This document shows positions 28,191 to 38,722 of a stretch of 64,000 bases of DNA, piece by piece. This DNA comes from Candidatus Poribacteria bacterium (lineage in GTDB: Bacteria; Poribacteria; WGA-4E; WGA-3G), in NCBI GenBank assembly GCA_964291315.2, contig OZ219752.1, positions 299,968-363,967 on the forward strand. The letters are read 5' to 3'. The notes under the pieces are model-generated. The model was not told the DNA's origin, ran no database searches, and saw nothing but the letters and a program-made list of their open reading frames with translations. Position 1 is the stretch's first letter; each line of letters starts with the position of its first letter. The translations under genes and the position numbers were made by a program.

Positions 28191-29396
28191 ATGTTAAATC
28201 AACTCCTGAATTGGCGTTTTGATGCCGAGCGGCGTAGGAATAGGATACATAATCTTATCTTATTGTCTCTTATTGCACACATTATTGTTGCCATCGTCTA
28301 CAATTCTGTGTCCATCGATCAGTTTAATGAAGGGCCGGACGATGTTTTTGTTGTTGATCTACTTAACGACAAAGAGGCGCCCAAGAAGCGGAGTCCAAAA
28401 CCGAAACCGCCGCTCACAAAAAAATTATATGATCCTAACGAGGATCTTGCAAGAGCGGCAGAGAAGCGGCGGATTGAATCTACGCGGAACAAGATAGATG
28501 AAGTCATAACCCCTAGTCCACGCGTTGTGCTTGAGGACGTTGAAGCCATCAAAGCACCGGTCAGTGAATTCATTCCAGATGTTATGACCGATGCCCAATT
28601 ACGCGATGCAGAGGCCTCAGACCTCACACGACTCTTCTCAAACCCCGGACGTACGGATGGGCGCGGGGTCGTTACCGGCAGGGTCCGGGCGCGCGGGGAT
28701 GGCGGGATGGGTAGATTCCGCGGCAGTGGTCAAGGCGGCGGAAATGGACTCCAAGGCGGTGGCGGCAAAGACGGTACTGCTGATCGACTCGGTATCATCG
28801 ATTTCCTCGATGAACTCAATGGCCCCAAGGAGGTAGTCTATTGCCTTGATGTCACCGCAAGCATGCAGGCAGCTGGAATGAAAAAATTGCCGCTTGCAAT
28901 AAACTCGCTCAAGGACTCTGTCCTGATGCTGGGAAATGATGACAAGCTGAATATTGTAGCGTTTTCTGACACAGCGGAAGTTATGAGTGAGGAGATGCTG
29001 CCAGCGAACGCTACAAACGTAGATCGCGTCTTCAAATATCTTAATAGATTCACACCAGAGAGTATTCAGGGCAATGATAAGACGAACATTCTCACCGCTA
29101 TTGAAACCGCCTTAGCATTTAACCCCACTGTTGTCGTTTTGATAACAGACGGTTTACCGCGAGCAAATATGAGCCCGATATACATTGAAACGGACACACA
29201 GAAGATCCTTGATATTGTCAGGGAACGAAATCACAACAATGCAGCTATCTATGTGGTTGGCTTTGAAATTGATTTAAAACGCTCGCCCGGGGCAGAGCTA
29301 CTTGTCTCGCTCGCTGCGGAGCACAACGGGAAAATAAAACCAATAGGGGGCGAGCTGTTGTTCGAGTATGCAAAACAGGAAGGGTTGAATGATTAA
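28191..29396 (+). CDS. Membrane-anchored VWA-domain protein
   Basis: N-terminal TM with S-x3-H, Gly-rich linker, MIDAS-like CLDVTASM and ITDG. Confidence 0.8.
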   Translation: MLNQLLNWRFDAERRRNRIHNLILLSLIAHIIVAIVYNSVSIDQFNEGPDDVFVVDLLNDKEAPKKRSPKPKPPLTKKLYDPNEDLARAAEKRRIESTRNKIDEVITPSPRVVLEDVEAIKAPVSEFIPDVMTDAQLRDAEASDLTRLFSNPGRTDGRGVVTGRVRARGDGGMGRFRGSGQGGGNGLQGGGGKDGTADRLGIIDFLDELNGPKEVVYCLDVTASMQAAGMKKLPLAINSLKDSVLMLGNDDKLNIVAFSDTAEVMSEEMLPANATNVDRVFKYLNRFTPESIQGNDKTNILTAIETALAFNPTVVVLITDGLPRANMSPIYIETDTQKILDIVRERNHNNAAIYVVGFEIDLKRSPGAELLVSLAAEHNGKIKPIGGELLFEYAKQEGLND

Positions 29397-29415
29397 CGAA
29401 ACACACGGAGTAGAT

Positions 29416-30222
29416 ATGAATCAGAAATCTGCTGTGACTATCGTCCACCAGTTTCGACTTGATGGCAAGGTCAGCCTTGTTACCGGGGCCAGCCGTGGCA
29501 TCGGACTTGCTATGGCAGAGGGGCTCGCGGGTGCAGGCTCCGAGCTCGCCATCGTTGGGAGGAAACTTGAGACGTTGACGCCGATCGCTGAACAAATCGC
29601 ATCGGAAACTGGTAGAACTGTTTTGCCTCTTCAGGCGGATGTCGGAAACCTTGCTGAAATTAATGCCCTCGTCGCACAGGTGCTTGATACCTTCGGCAGA
29701 ATCGATGTACTCGTTAACAACGCAGGGGTGAATAGGCGGAGTCCTGCCTTGGAATTCAGTGAAATAGATTGGGATTTCGTCACAAATGTTAATCTCAAAG
29801 GGGCATTTTTTCTTGCAAAAGCTTGTGGCAAGGTCATGAAAGAACAGAGGGCTGGGAAAATCATTAACACCTTGTCGCTTACCTCAGCGATCGGGTTGCC
29901 TACAAGCGTTGCCTATACGGCAGCTAAGGGCGGACTCCTGCAGCTCACAAAACTTCTTGCCGTAGAATGGGCGGAACACAACATACAAGTCAACGGCATC
30001 GCCCCCGGTTTCATCAGAACAGAAATGACTGCTCCTGCCCGTGAAGACAACCGAAATGAATGGATACTCAACCGAACCCCTGCGTATCGCTGGGGTGAAC
30101 CTGAAGATTTGGCGGGGTTGACTATCTTCTTTGCATCCAACGTCTCTGATTTTGTTACAGGCCAAATGGTTTTTGTTGACGGTGGATTCATGGCGGGGAG
30201 CGATTGGAGGCGGCGTTCCTAA
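29416..30222 (+). CDS. Short-chain dehydrogenase (KduD/gluconate 5-dehydrogenase-like)
   Basis: TGASRGIG, NNAG, YTAAK and VDGG. Confidence 0.9.
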   Translation: MNQKSAVTIVHQFRLDGKVSLVTGASRGIGLAMAEGLAGAGSELAIVGRKLETLTPIAEQIASETGRTVLPLQADVGNLAEINALVAQVLDTFGRIDVLVNNAGVNRRSPALEFSEIDWDFVTNVNLKGAFFLAKACGKVMKEQRAGKIINTLSLTSAIGLPTSVAYTAAKGGLLQLTKLLAVEWAEHNIQVNGIAPGFIRTEMTAPAREDNRNEWILNRTPAYRWGEPEDLAGLTIFFASNVSDFVTGQMVFVDGGFMAGSDWRRRS

Positions 30223-30223
30223 C

Positions 30224-30460
30224 ATGGAAAAAGAACACGCTCTGCGACCCAGCAATAGCCAGAACGCAGTAAAAAAGATCAAACAGATTCTGAAAGAATG
30301 TCAAATTGAAAATGCGGACATCTTTGATCATGCCCCAGTTTTGCGCATCCAGGTACCGGAAGAAGTGTTTGCACACGCACTTCAAGTCCGAGAACGCTTA
30401 CTTGAGCGAATAAAACCACTCGGATACCGATTCGTTGCCCTTGATTTGGATGAATTGTAA
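30224..30460 (+). CDS. Small protein resembling the C-terminal domain of LarE-family proteins
   Basis: VLRIQVP...RERLLERIKPLGYRFVALDL; ATG lies right after the SDR stop. Confidence 0.55.
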   Translation: MEKEHALRPSNSQNAVKKIKQILKECQIENADIFDHAPVLRIQVPEEVFAHALQVRERLLERIKPLGYRFVALDLDEL

Positions 30461-30520
30461 AATTTGGGAAAAGAGGGAGCCATCACGAAAAATAGAGTGT
30501 TAGCAATTAAGGAATACTAC

Positions 30521-31477
30521 TTAGGTAAGATTCCTCATAATGATATTCCTCCTAATTCTTTCTTGAGCGCAAATCGCCATTTCTGTCTCAATCTCATATC
30601 CGATAAACGATCTGCCCTCAACCTTGGCAGCTACCCCTGTTGAACCAGAGCCCGCGAAAGAATCAAGCACGAGTGCCCCCGGTGCAGAGAAAATTCGAAT
30701 AAGATGTCGAAGTAGATCAACAGGTTTTGCTGTCATGTGTCCATACCGTTCTCGTGGTTTTTTCGCTGGAATGACAGTCCCAGGAAATTGAGTAGGGCTG
30801 ATGAATGGGTTTTTCACATCAATCAATCCTGTTTCCCATTTATCCCAATTATCCACAAAAGTGCCTTCTCTAGGGGCCTGTCCAAGGATTACCATTTCCC
30901 CTTGAGGCTTCAATTGGGGTGTTTTTCGTCCGCCCAATTTCTCTATAAGTCTCTCTTTTTCTTCTTCTGTTAATTTCCGCTTGCGTATGAAATGATCCTG
31001 AGTGAAAGCTTTCGCTTGTCCTTCATATCGCCATAGCAAAACGTCTCGTATTTCAAACCCTGCATCTTCTAATGCTATAGCGGCTCTGTGCGCTAAGCGA
31101 TTCTGGCTGAAAACGAGGCAAAACCCGCCTGGGCGAATGACTCGCATCCATTCCTGTGCAATAGGTGCGAGAAAATTTTGCAACTTTCGTCCCTGGTCAA
31201 CGGAGAACTTCATACCCGCTGGTAGCGAACCGACAACACCATCTTTGACGCGGGCAGTCAATTTCTTTGTGTTCCAATCTGCATCCATGCCGTCAATAAA
31301 ATAGGGAGGATCTGTTAGCACAAGGGAGACGGTATTCTCACCGATTTGCTTCATACCTATTCGGCAATCCGCATTTTCTACTTTTGCCTTCAAGTTTTCG
31401 GTCCCTAATGTATTGTGTAAGTTTGACGGGTCCATAGCGGGTAGGTGCACCTCGTTAATAATAGTGTGATTTTTCAA
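30521..31477 (-). CDS. Solitary site-specific DNA methyltransferase (N4-C/N6-A, beta motif order)
   Basis: TDPPY precedes H-x-x-KP and VLDSFAGSGST. Confidence 0.9.
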   Translation of the reverse strand: MKNHTIINEVHLPAMDPSNLHNTLGTENLKAKVENADCRIGMKQIGENTVSLVLTDPPYFIDGMDADWNTKKLTARVKDGVVGSLPAGMKFSVDQGRKLQNFLAPIAQEWMRVIRPGGFCLVFSQNRLAHRAAIALEDAGFEIRDVLLWRYEGQAKAFTQDHFIRKRKLTEEEKERLIEKLGGRKTPQLKPQGEMVILGQAPREGTFVDNWDKWETGLIDVKNPFISPTQFPGTVIPAKKPRERYGHMTAKPVDLLRHLIRIFSAPGALVLDSFAGSGSTGVAAKVEGRSFIGYEIETEMAICAQERIRRNIIMRNLT

Positions 31478-31737
31478 AATTTGATTTTGTAATTGAGAGT
31501 CAGTATTTTATATAATGAGCGATGTGGGTTGCCTCTCTTGCAAAACTGCCTAAGGAGTCTATCACTGTTAAAAAAGAAGGTCAAATATTTTTTTACTTCA
31601 ACAAAAATTTGATTTTCTTCCTGCGCTGTGTTATAATTTTAAAGCAAAACTTGTGAGGTTTGAAGGTGCTAAGGCACTTGATAGAGACCACGGGGGCTGC
31701 GTGAAACAGATAAACGGCATGAAATATAAGGAAACCG

Positions 31738-32796
31738 ATGCAGAAAACTGGACAGGATCCCTCACTAGCACAGCTCACCTCTTACCTCAGTGATGTCAAA
31801 CGCAGGATTGATGCCTGCATCTTCGATTTTCTCCCAACTGCCCACGAGCATCCGGATGTACATCAATTGTACCAGATGATGTTAGACTACCCCCGGCGCG
31901 CTGCTAAAGGGTTAAGACCTGCCCTCTGTATGCTGATTTGTCAAGCATTCGGTGGGGATCCAAAGCATGCTGTAAATACTGCAGCCTCGCTCGAACTCCT
32001 CCAGAATTGGCTCTTGATTCATGATGACATTGAAGACAGTTCTGAACTTCGTAGAGGGGAGCCCTGCCTCCATCAAAAGCATGGAATTCCGATGGCTATC
32101 AACGTGGGGGACGCACTACACTGCAAAATGTGGGAAATGCTACACCGAAACACAGATATTCTTGGACACGAACTCGCCTTCCGAATTTTATCAGAGTTTA
32201 TACAGCTCAGCAACCAAGTTGTTGAGGGGCAGCATATTGAACTAAGTTGGGTCAACGATAACCGTTGGGAGCTCGATGAAGAAGATTACCTGACAATGTG
32301 CGTACAGAAAACTGCTTGGTATACCTGTATTACCCCTTGTCGGGTTGGTGCAATTATTGGTGGGGCAAACGTAACAGAGATAGATCAGTTCATTGAACTC
32401 GGCAAAGATATCGGAGTAGCCTTCCAGATTCAGGACGATGTGCTTAACCTCATCGGCGATGTCGGTAGATATGGTAAAGAAATTGCGGGCGACATTAGTG
32501 AGGGCAAACGGACTCTCGTTCTCATTCATCTCATCAATAACTGTACCGCTGCGGAGGCACAGCAGGTTATTGATATTATGGCGCGCCCGCGCGGTGAAAA
32601 GACTGAGGTAGAAGTCAAGAATGTTCTCCAGATGATGCAAAAATATAAATCTATTACTTACGCCCAAGAACGTTCTAAAGCTCTTCTACAAGCGGCTGCA
32701 GGGCGATTTAATCGTAACTTTGCGCATCTCCCTGATGACCATGCCAAACAATTGTTTTTATCTTTAATTCGTTTTTTCGTTGAGCGTGAATACTAA
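31738..32796 (+). CDS. Polyprenyl/geranylgeranyl diphosphate synthase
   Basis: KGLRP, LIHDDIED..RRG, EGQ, KTA, FQIQDD and GDISEGK. Confidence 0.92.
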   Translation: MQKTGQDPSLAQLTSYLSDVKRRIDACIFDFLPTAHEHPDVHQLYQMMLDYPRRAAKGLRPALCMLICQAFGGDPKHAVNTAASLELLQNWLLIHDDIEDSSELRRGEPCLHQKHGIPMAINVGDALHCKMWEMLHRNTDILGHELAFRILSEFIQLSNQVVEGQHIELSWVNDNRWELDEEDYLTMCVQKTAWYTCITPCRVGAIIGGANVTEIDQFIELGKDIGVAFQIQDDVLNLIGDVGRYGKEIAGDISEGKRTLVLIHLINNCTAAEAQQVIDIMARPRGEKTEVEVKNVLQMMQKYKSITYAQERSKALLQAAAGRFNRNFAHLPDDHAKQLFLSLIRFFVEREY

Positions 32797-32930
32797 ATAG
32801 GTATCGGTATTTCTAGCAGCAGGCTATGGATAAAAACAAGTAGTATGCGGCAAGCAAACTATAGCGATGTCCACACACGCTGCGAACAGCTGATAGCTAG
32901 ACACTACAACTATTGAAAAAGGAGAGATTA

Positions 32931-33995
32931 ATGAACGATATTTCTTCTGGAAAATTTCGGGGCATCACAAAACTTGCAGATGCGAACGGCCGTTTTAAAA
33001 TGATGGCAATTGACCAGCGGGGTTCCATGGTTCAAGCCCTTGCAGATACACTCAACAAGGACAAAATTGATGTCCAATATGAAGAAGTCGCAGCAATCAA
33101 AACTTTGATAACGCGCGTCCTTGCCTCCAATGCAACCGCAGTTCTTACTGATCCGATCTACGGGCATCCGTATTCCATCATGGAAATTCCGCGTGATGTT
33201 GCGCTTCTACTCGCTTATGAAGCGTCTGGCTATGTTAACGAAGGGGTCGCCGAGAACGAACGCCTCTCCAATCCGATTGAAAACTGGAGTATTGCAAAGG
33301 CCCGGCGTGCTGGAGCGGATGCGATTAAGCTCCTCGCCTATTACCATCCGGATGCCTCCTCAGAAACGGTGAAGCATCAGCAAGCTTTTGTTCGTCATGT
33401 CGGCGATGAATGTCAGAAGCATGATCTGCCATTCCTGTTGGAATTAGTAAGTTACGCTCTTGAAGGCACGACTAAGAGCGTTGCATTTGCAAAACAGAAA
33501 CCGGACCTTGTTATCCGCAGCGTTGAAGAATTCACGGATCCGAGTTACAAAGTTGACATTTTGAAGTTGGAATTCCCAGCAGACTTGAAATATACCGCGG
33601 ATTACCAGAATTCTGATTTTTATGCCGGGGAGTCGGCTTATGAAATTGCTGAGGTAAGGGAAATCTGCCAGAAATTAGATGAAGCTTCAACGCTGCCTTG
33701 GGTAATTCTGAGCGCCGGTGTTGATATTGCAGAATTCATTGAAAACGTGCGCCTTGCAACTGAGGCGGGTGCTAGTGGATTCCTCTGTGGGCGAGCTATC
33801 TGGAAAGATGCACTCCAATATTATCCGGACACAAATGCTGTCAAGCTATTTCTTGAGAATGAGGCAACAACAAATTTCAAAAACGCGAATGCAGTAGCAG
33901 AAAATGCACTGCCCTGGGTTGAGCATCGTCAATTCGGCGGCGCACAAAACGTTCGTATTGCCAAACAGTCGGAAACATGGTATCAGGACTATTAA
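32931..33995 (+). CDS. lacD: Tagatose-1,6-bisphosphate aldolase family protein
   Basis: AIDQRGS, VDILKLEFP, LSAGV and SGFLCGRAIW. Confidence 0.88.
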   Translation: MNDISSGKFRGITKLADANGRFKMMAIDQRGSMVQALADTLNKDKIDVQYEEVAAIKTLITRVLASNATAVLTDPIYGHPYSIMEIPRDVALLLAYEASGYVNEGVAENERLSNPIENWSIAKARRAGADAIKLLAYYHPDASSETVKHQQAFVRHVGDECQKHDLPFLLELVSYALEGTTKSVAFAKQKPDLVIRSVEEFTDPSYKVDILKLEFPADLKYTADYQNSDFYAGESAYEIAEVREICQKLDEASTLPWVILSAGVDIAEFIENVRLATEAGASGFLCGRAIWKDALQYYPDTNAVKLFLENEATTNFKNANAVAENALPWVEHRQFGGAQNVRIAKQSETWYQDY

Positions 33996-34767
33996 ATTCT
34001 GTATGGGTTCAATTGACGCAAAGTGCTAGGCAGTTTGAACAACGGTTTGAACGGGATTTAATTAGCAATTATTAGGATGCTGATACGCGTATTCCATGCT
34101 GGGTAAATCTAAAAAATTGTGCAATCTAGAGGGTGTGTTCGCCGAGACCTTCCCTCTTATTTTGGCAGCTAATATAAAACAGTTTCTTGGACAAATAGGA
34201 AATTCGTCCCCGGCCGCTATCCGGTATTGCCTAGCCCGTGCGTATTATTCGTTGATGGTTGATAGATGGAATTGTGCCCCGGGGTTTCGCAAAGTCTGCG
34301 TCGAGAGCTGGAATCTACCTTCAGTAGCCGCTGCATACGCCTCGGCTGTCGAGGCGAAGAACCGATGATTAGTCACAACCGTCTCCGCAGCTGTCTAGTT
34401 TAACCACCATCGATCACGCTAGCCGAATTGTGCACAATGCCAATGCAGAGTTGCGGGAGAATAAATTTTTTGTGAGGATACGTAGCGTGCTGCCACATCC
34501 GTGAGGTTATCTGTTGTGAGTTGAATTTTTCCAACGTGAGTTTCATATAGTGTGTAATATCATCTCAGGCACGGAATCTCGAATTAAAAGAAGAACATAT
34601 TCCTACCAACTTATCGGCTCTCTAAAAAAACAAAGGTTTTTTAGCCACAAATCAACTAATGGAAAAATTAGATAGACATTTTTAAGGTTTCGATTCTCAG
34701 CTAACGGTATCGAAATTGTTGAAAACGTTTTACCGTCACAAGCGAGGTCTAACAGCCGATAAGCGAT

Positions 34768-35970
34768 ATGCGAACATTATCACGATATCTCCTCAAAGAG
34801 TTTTTTCCACCTTTCATAATAGCGCTGACTTGTTTCACTATTATGCTTATCTTCAATGATCTGTTTCGGTTGACGAAACTTTTTGTTCAAAAAGGGGTGA
34901 GTCCGTTCTATCTTGCTGAGTTAATCTTTTATATGATGCCGGTGATGATGGTGTTAGCACTCCCAATGGCAGGCTTGGTGGCAATTTTACTCGCCCTCGG
35001 GCGGCTTTCTGTTGATAATGAGATAACCGCAATGAAGGCTCACGGTGTAGCATTCTACCAACTTATGCTGCCGTTTTTGGCCATATCGCTGATATTAAGT
35101 CTCGTTAATTTGATGCTCATGGACTATGCCTTGCCGCGAGCTAACCTCGCCTATGCTTCCCTCAGGCGTGATATCCAAAGGCACAACCCTGCCTTTGTTT
35201 TAGAGGAAGCCACTGTTATGAAAGAATTGCAAACTGAGGGTAAACTCTGGATGTACGAGTCTACCGATGCAGAAAGTGGTCGCCTGCAGAACGTCAAAAT
35301 CTGGGATAGCATTTGGAGTGGGCATCCAAGATTCAGTCAGGCGGCAGAGGCGACCCTCGCCTTTGAAGACGGCAGAGCAACCCTCACGCTTTACAATGGT
35401 TTCACCTACGAACCCACACCGGAGAATTCTGATGAGTTTCGTGTAACAAAGTTTCAACAACAAAAACTGACGCTTCAGGTGATGGAAGACCTCAAGCGTG
35501 GTGAATTTCAAAGTCAGACGCCTCGTTCGATGAGTATTGCTCAACTTAAGACGTTTGTGGGCAGTTTGCGCTCCTCTGTCCAAACCAGCACAAACCGGGA
35601 CCATATGCAACAGAAGCTCCGATTTGCCGAGGTGGAGTATCACAAAAAATTCTCTATTCCGTTTGCATGTTTTTCGCTCGGTTTAATCGGTATCCCCTTA
35701 GGGATGATGGTGAAGCAAAGCGGTAAAATGATTGGACTTGGGATCGGATTGGCTGTGATCGTTGTCTACTATTTACTATTACAAGCTGGACAAACCGCAG
35801 GGGTAGACGATATCCTCCCGCCAATGTTTGCTATGTGGTTACCAAATCTTGTAATTGCAATATTTGGAATTTTGCTCAGCGTCTCGATGATAGGCGAAGG
35901 GAAGATATTGGCCTGGCGCGATCCGGACAGAAAACTGCCGATTGTTGTTAATAGGACGGCAGGATCTTAA
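34768..35970 (+). CDS. lptF: LPS export permease, LptF/LptG family
   Basis: LSRYLLKE, GRLSVDNEITAMKAHG and AMWLPN. Confidence 0.85.
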   Translation: MRTLSRYLLKEFFPPFIIALTCFTIMLIFNDLFRLTKLFVQKGVSPFYLAELIFYMMPVMMVLALPMAGLVAILLALGRLSVDNEITAMKAHGVAFYQLMLPFLAISLILSLVNLMLMDYALPRANLAYASLRRDIQRHNPAFVLEEATVMKELQTEGKLWMYESTDAESGRLQNVKIWDSIWSGHPRFSQAAEATLAFEDGRATLTLYNGFTYEPTPENSDEFRVTKFQQQKLTLQVMEDLKRGEFQSQTPRSMSIAQLKTFVGSLRSSVQTSTNRDHMQQKLRFAEVEYHKKFSIPFACFSLGLIGIPLGMMVKQSGKMIGLGIGLAVIVVYYLLLQAGQTAGVDDILPPMFAMWLPNLVIAIFGILLSVSMIGEGKILAWRDPDRKLPIVVNRTAGS

Positions 35971-36109
35971 CTGCACATCAAGTGCCTGAAACACGAAAGA
36001 GCACCTATCAGTCCTCATATGATGGTTGGAAGCGCCGCAATGTCCATAACATTAACATTCTGCTGGCTGCCAACTTGTTGAAGCCCGATACCTATATGGG
36101 AAACATCGT

Positions 36110-37171
36110 TTGAATATCTTAGACCGTTATCTGCTCCGGGAATATCTCCGCGCATTCGCTGTTGGAATCTGTTTCTTTATCGCCTTGGTCGTCATCGTCC
36201 GGCTATTGGATTACGACCTCAAGAAATTTGAGGATGGCATAGACTATATCACGGCAGTCAAGATCGTGCTTTTTTTAACACCTCGCCGGATTATGGAAAT
36301 GGTGCCGATTGCTGCGTTTGTTGCAGTTTTTTTTACCTTGGGCAGGATGGTGAGAAGCAACGAATTCACTGCAATGAAGGCAGGTGGCATAAGTGTTTAC
36401 CGGATTCTCTTTCCTATTCTTGCAGTAACGGTCCTTATTTGTGCAGTCTTCGCTCTTTTCTATGATCGAGTTGCTTCACCTGCTTTCCACCAAGCGCATC
36501 TTTTGCAAAACAAAGTCCGCCCCCGACAGGGCAGGAACATTGTCTTCAAAGGGAAAAATAACCGTATCTTTTATTTGCAACGTGTTTCTTTGGATGCACA
36601 GAAAATTAGTCACTTGACGATTTATGAATATGATCCAGATGTGCGGCTTAAACGTATAACGTTTGCGAAATCGGCAACATGGACGTCGACGCAGTGGGAA
36701 CTCTCTGATGGATATATCCGACGCTTTGAGGAAGGAGTTGAGGTTGATTATGAAATTTTTGATGCTTATGCCCTTCGACGTTATGAAGATCCTGCGCGTT
36801 TTATCGGAAGCGAAAAGGACCCGCGAGCGATGACGATGAAAGAGCTGCGTGAGCAGATCGCCTATAAACAAGAAGCAGGACAGATTTCTCGGAAAGAACG
36901 CGTGAAGTTTTATCATAAAACAGCGTACCCATTTGCTGCTGTCGTTGTTATTATGCTTGGTGCTCCAATTGCCATCCGATTCGGGAGAGCAGGCTTTTTT
37001 GCTGGTTTGGTTATCGCCTTCTTCATCTCTTTCATCTACTGGGCGCTCTCCTTTGCGACGCTGGAAGGGTTGAGTGAAAGCGGCAAACTCCATCCATTTC
37101 TTGCCTGCTGGGGGGCGAATATCCTCTACGCTGTGATGGGCGGTGTTCTCCTCTGGCAGACCCCAAAATAG
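36110..37171 (+). CDS. lptG: LPS export permease, LptF/LptG family
   Basis: ILDRYLLRE, NEFTAMKAGGIS and LACWGAN. Confidence 0.85.
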   Translation: MNILDRYLLREYLRAFAVGICFFIALVVIVRLLDYDLKKFEDGIDYITAVKIVLFLTPRRIMEMVPIAAFVAVFFTLGRMVRSNEFTAMKAGGISVYRILFPILAVTVLICAVFALFYDRVASPAFHQAHLLQNKVRPRQGRNIVFKGKNNRIFYLQRVSLDAQKISHLTIYEYDPDVRLKRITFAKSATWTSTQWELSDGYIRRFEEGVEVDYEIFDAYALRRYEDPARFIGSEKDPRAMTMKELREQIAYKQEAGQISRKERVKFYHKTAYPFAAVVVIMLGAPIAIRFGRAGFFAGLVIAFFISFIYWALSFATLEGLSESGKLHPFLACWGANILYAVMGGVLLWQTPK

Positions 37172-37193
37172 AATCAAATTGACCTATGATCCG

Positions 37194-37784
37194 ATGCAAA
37201 ACATAATACCCGCAAAAATTGGCAACTATCTCTTCAGGATCCGCAGCTTCACTCCAATTCCGGTTATTTTTGCTCTTTTCTATTTTGCCGCTCCAACGTC
37301 CTACAGTGTAGCGATGGGTGCGCCCTTTATTGCTGTAGGCGAGTTTCTTCGAATATGGGCGGTCGGTTATGCCGGAGCATCTACCCGTGCTAGAACGCTT
37401 GGTGCGGCACGGGATCTCGTCACAACCGGGCCCTACAGTTACGTTCGCAACCCACTCTATCTCGGCAATTTCTTACTCAGTTTTGGGGTTTGCCTTCTTG
37501 CGAATGTGTATTGGCTCGTCGTTGTGCTTGTTATTGGTTATTTTTCGCAATATCTTCCAATCATTGCACTCGAAGAAGGATACCTATTAGAGTCCTGCGG
37601 TAAAACTTACCAGGCCTATAGAGAAAGAGTACCTCGCTTTGCTCCGAGCTTACGTTCCTATTCTAATCCGTCGGCTCATGATTTTTCTTGGAGGCGCGCC
37701 ATTAAAAGTGAAAAGCGGACCTTGACGGCGATCGTCTGTGTTATCGGATTGGTTTTCGCAAGGCAGCTTATCGAGCTGTCATAG
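37194..37784 (+). CDS. Isoprenylcysteine carboxylmethyltransferase-family membrane methyltransferase
   Basis: LVTTGPYSYVRNPLYLG, EE..L and VPRF. Confidence 0.85.
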   Translation: MQNIIPAKIGNYLFRIRSFTPIPVIFALFYFAAPTSYSVAMGAPFIAVGEFLRIWAVGYAGASTRARTLGAARDLVTTGPYSYVRNPLYLGNFLLSFGVCLLANVYWLVVVLVIGYFSQYLPIIALEEGYLLESCGKTYQAYRERVPRFAPSLRSYSNPSAHDFSWRRAIKSEKRTLTAIVCVIGLVFARQLIELS

Positions 37785-37900
37785 ATTTTCCTCTAACCAC
37801 GACAACTCATACATTGCAGACACGCAGCGTTCTCTAGAGACTCTAGTGGCATACGTTACCCTAATCAGTGAGTAGATTAATTTTGGGGATTTCCATTTTC

Positions 37901-37929
37901 TTGACACTAATTTCTCGATAGTCTATTAT
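37901..37929 (+). promoter_or_regulatory. Sigma-70 promoter
   Basis: TTGACA-N17-TATTAT, about 40 nt before the RBS and ATG at 37971. Confidence 0.65.
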
Positions 37930-37970
37930 ATAAATGTTGTCTATATATAGAAATAGGAGGAAACTATCTC

Positions 37971-38660
37971 ATGAAAAAGACTTTTTTTTCATTCATGTTT
38001 CCCGCTGCTTTCCTGATGTTGATCCTGCTATCCGTGAGCCCCGCCTTGGCGCGCACGTTTGACAACGATTTCGAAACAGGCGACCTCACGGACTGGGAAA
38101 AAGAGGGCGAAGCGTTTGATTTTCAACCCACTTGGGGCGATAACCCGACAGCACGGAACCGCGGTCAGCCTTCTGAACATCAGGGCGATTGGTGGTTAGG
38201 GTTGTACGAGAAGTACCAAGGCCCAGATAAAGGCGAAAAACTTGGACAGAATCCAGGCGGCACTCAGGGGGATGGCCCCCAAGGCACCCTCACCTCCATC
38301 GAGTTCACAATTGTCGGGAAAACAATGAATTTTCTTATCGGTGGCGGGAAACACCCATGGGAGGATGATCCGGGCGCCTGCAGCGTCAACCTTGAAATTG
38401 ACGGGAAAGTCGTGCTCACGGCAACAGGAAACGATACCGAAACCATGGCGCGCGTAGAATGGGATGTTTCTGAATTTAGCGGCGAAACAGCACAAATTGT
38501 TGTCGTCGATAACAACGGTGGGGGTTGGGGGCACCCGAATTTTGATGATATTCATCAGGCCGATGCCAGAGGGAGAAATATTCCGTGGGAACAGGTACTC
38601 ACAGTTGATGCCCGTGGTAAGTTGGCTGCCACTTGGGCGCAAATGAAAAAGTACTACTAA
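37971..38660 (+). CDS. Secreted beta-sandwich (carbohydrate-binding-like) protein with a C-terminal KLAATW motif
   Basis: Signal PALA; DFETGDL, GTLTS.EFTI, FLIGGG, WDVSEF and GWGH..FDDI, as recalled for GH32 accessory domains; ends VDARGKLAATWAQMKKYY. Confidence 0.65.
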   Translation: MKKTFFSFMFPAAFLMLILLSVSPALARTFDNDFETGDLTDWEKEGEAFDFQPTWGDNPTARNRGQPSEHQGDWWLGLYEKYQGPDKGEKLGQNPGGTQGDGPQGTLTSIEFTIVGKTMNFLIGGGKHPWEDDPGACSVNLEIDGKVVLTATGNDTETMARVEWDVSEFSGETAQIVVVDNNGGGWGHPNFDDIHQADARGRNIPWEQVLTVDARGKLAATWAQMKKYY

Positions 38661-38722
38661 TCGGGAAGTTAAGCAATAAAAGCGGGCTTTCACGGCTTAA
38701 GGAATGAAATACGGTATATTCT

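Noticed and set aside
34000-34760. 90-aa ORF at 34096 or a hidden gene/ncRNA in the long intergenic region
   Set aside because: No RBS or domain similarity and no consistent structure; only a MITE-like end at about 34533.
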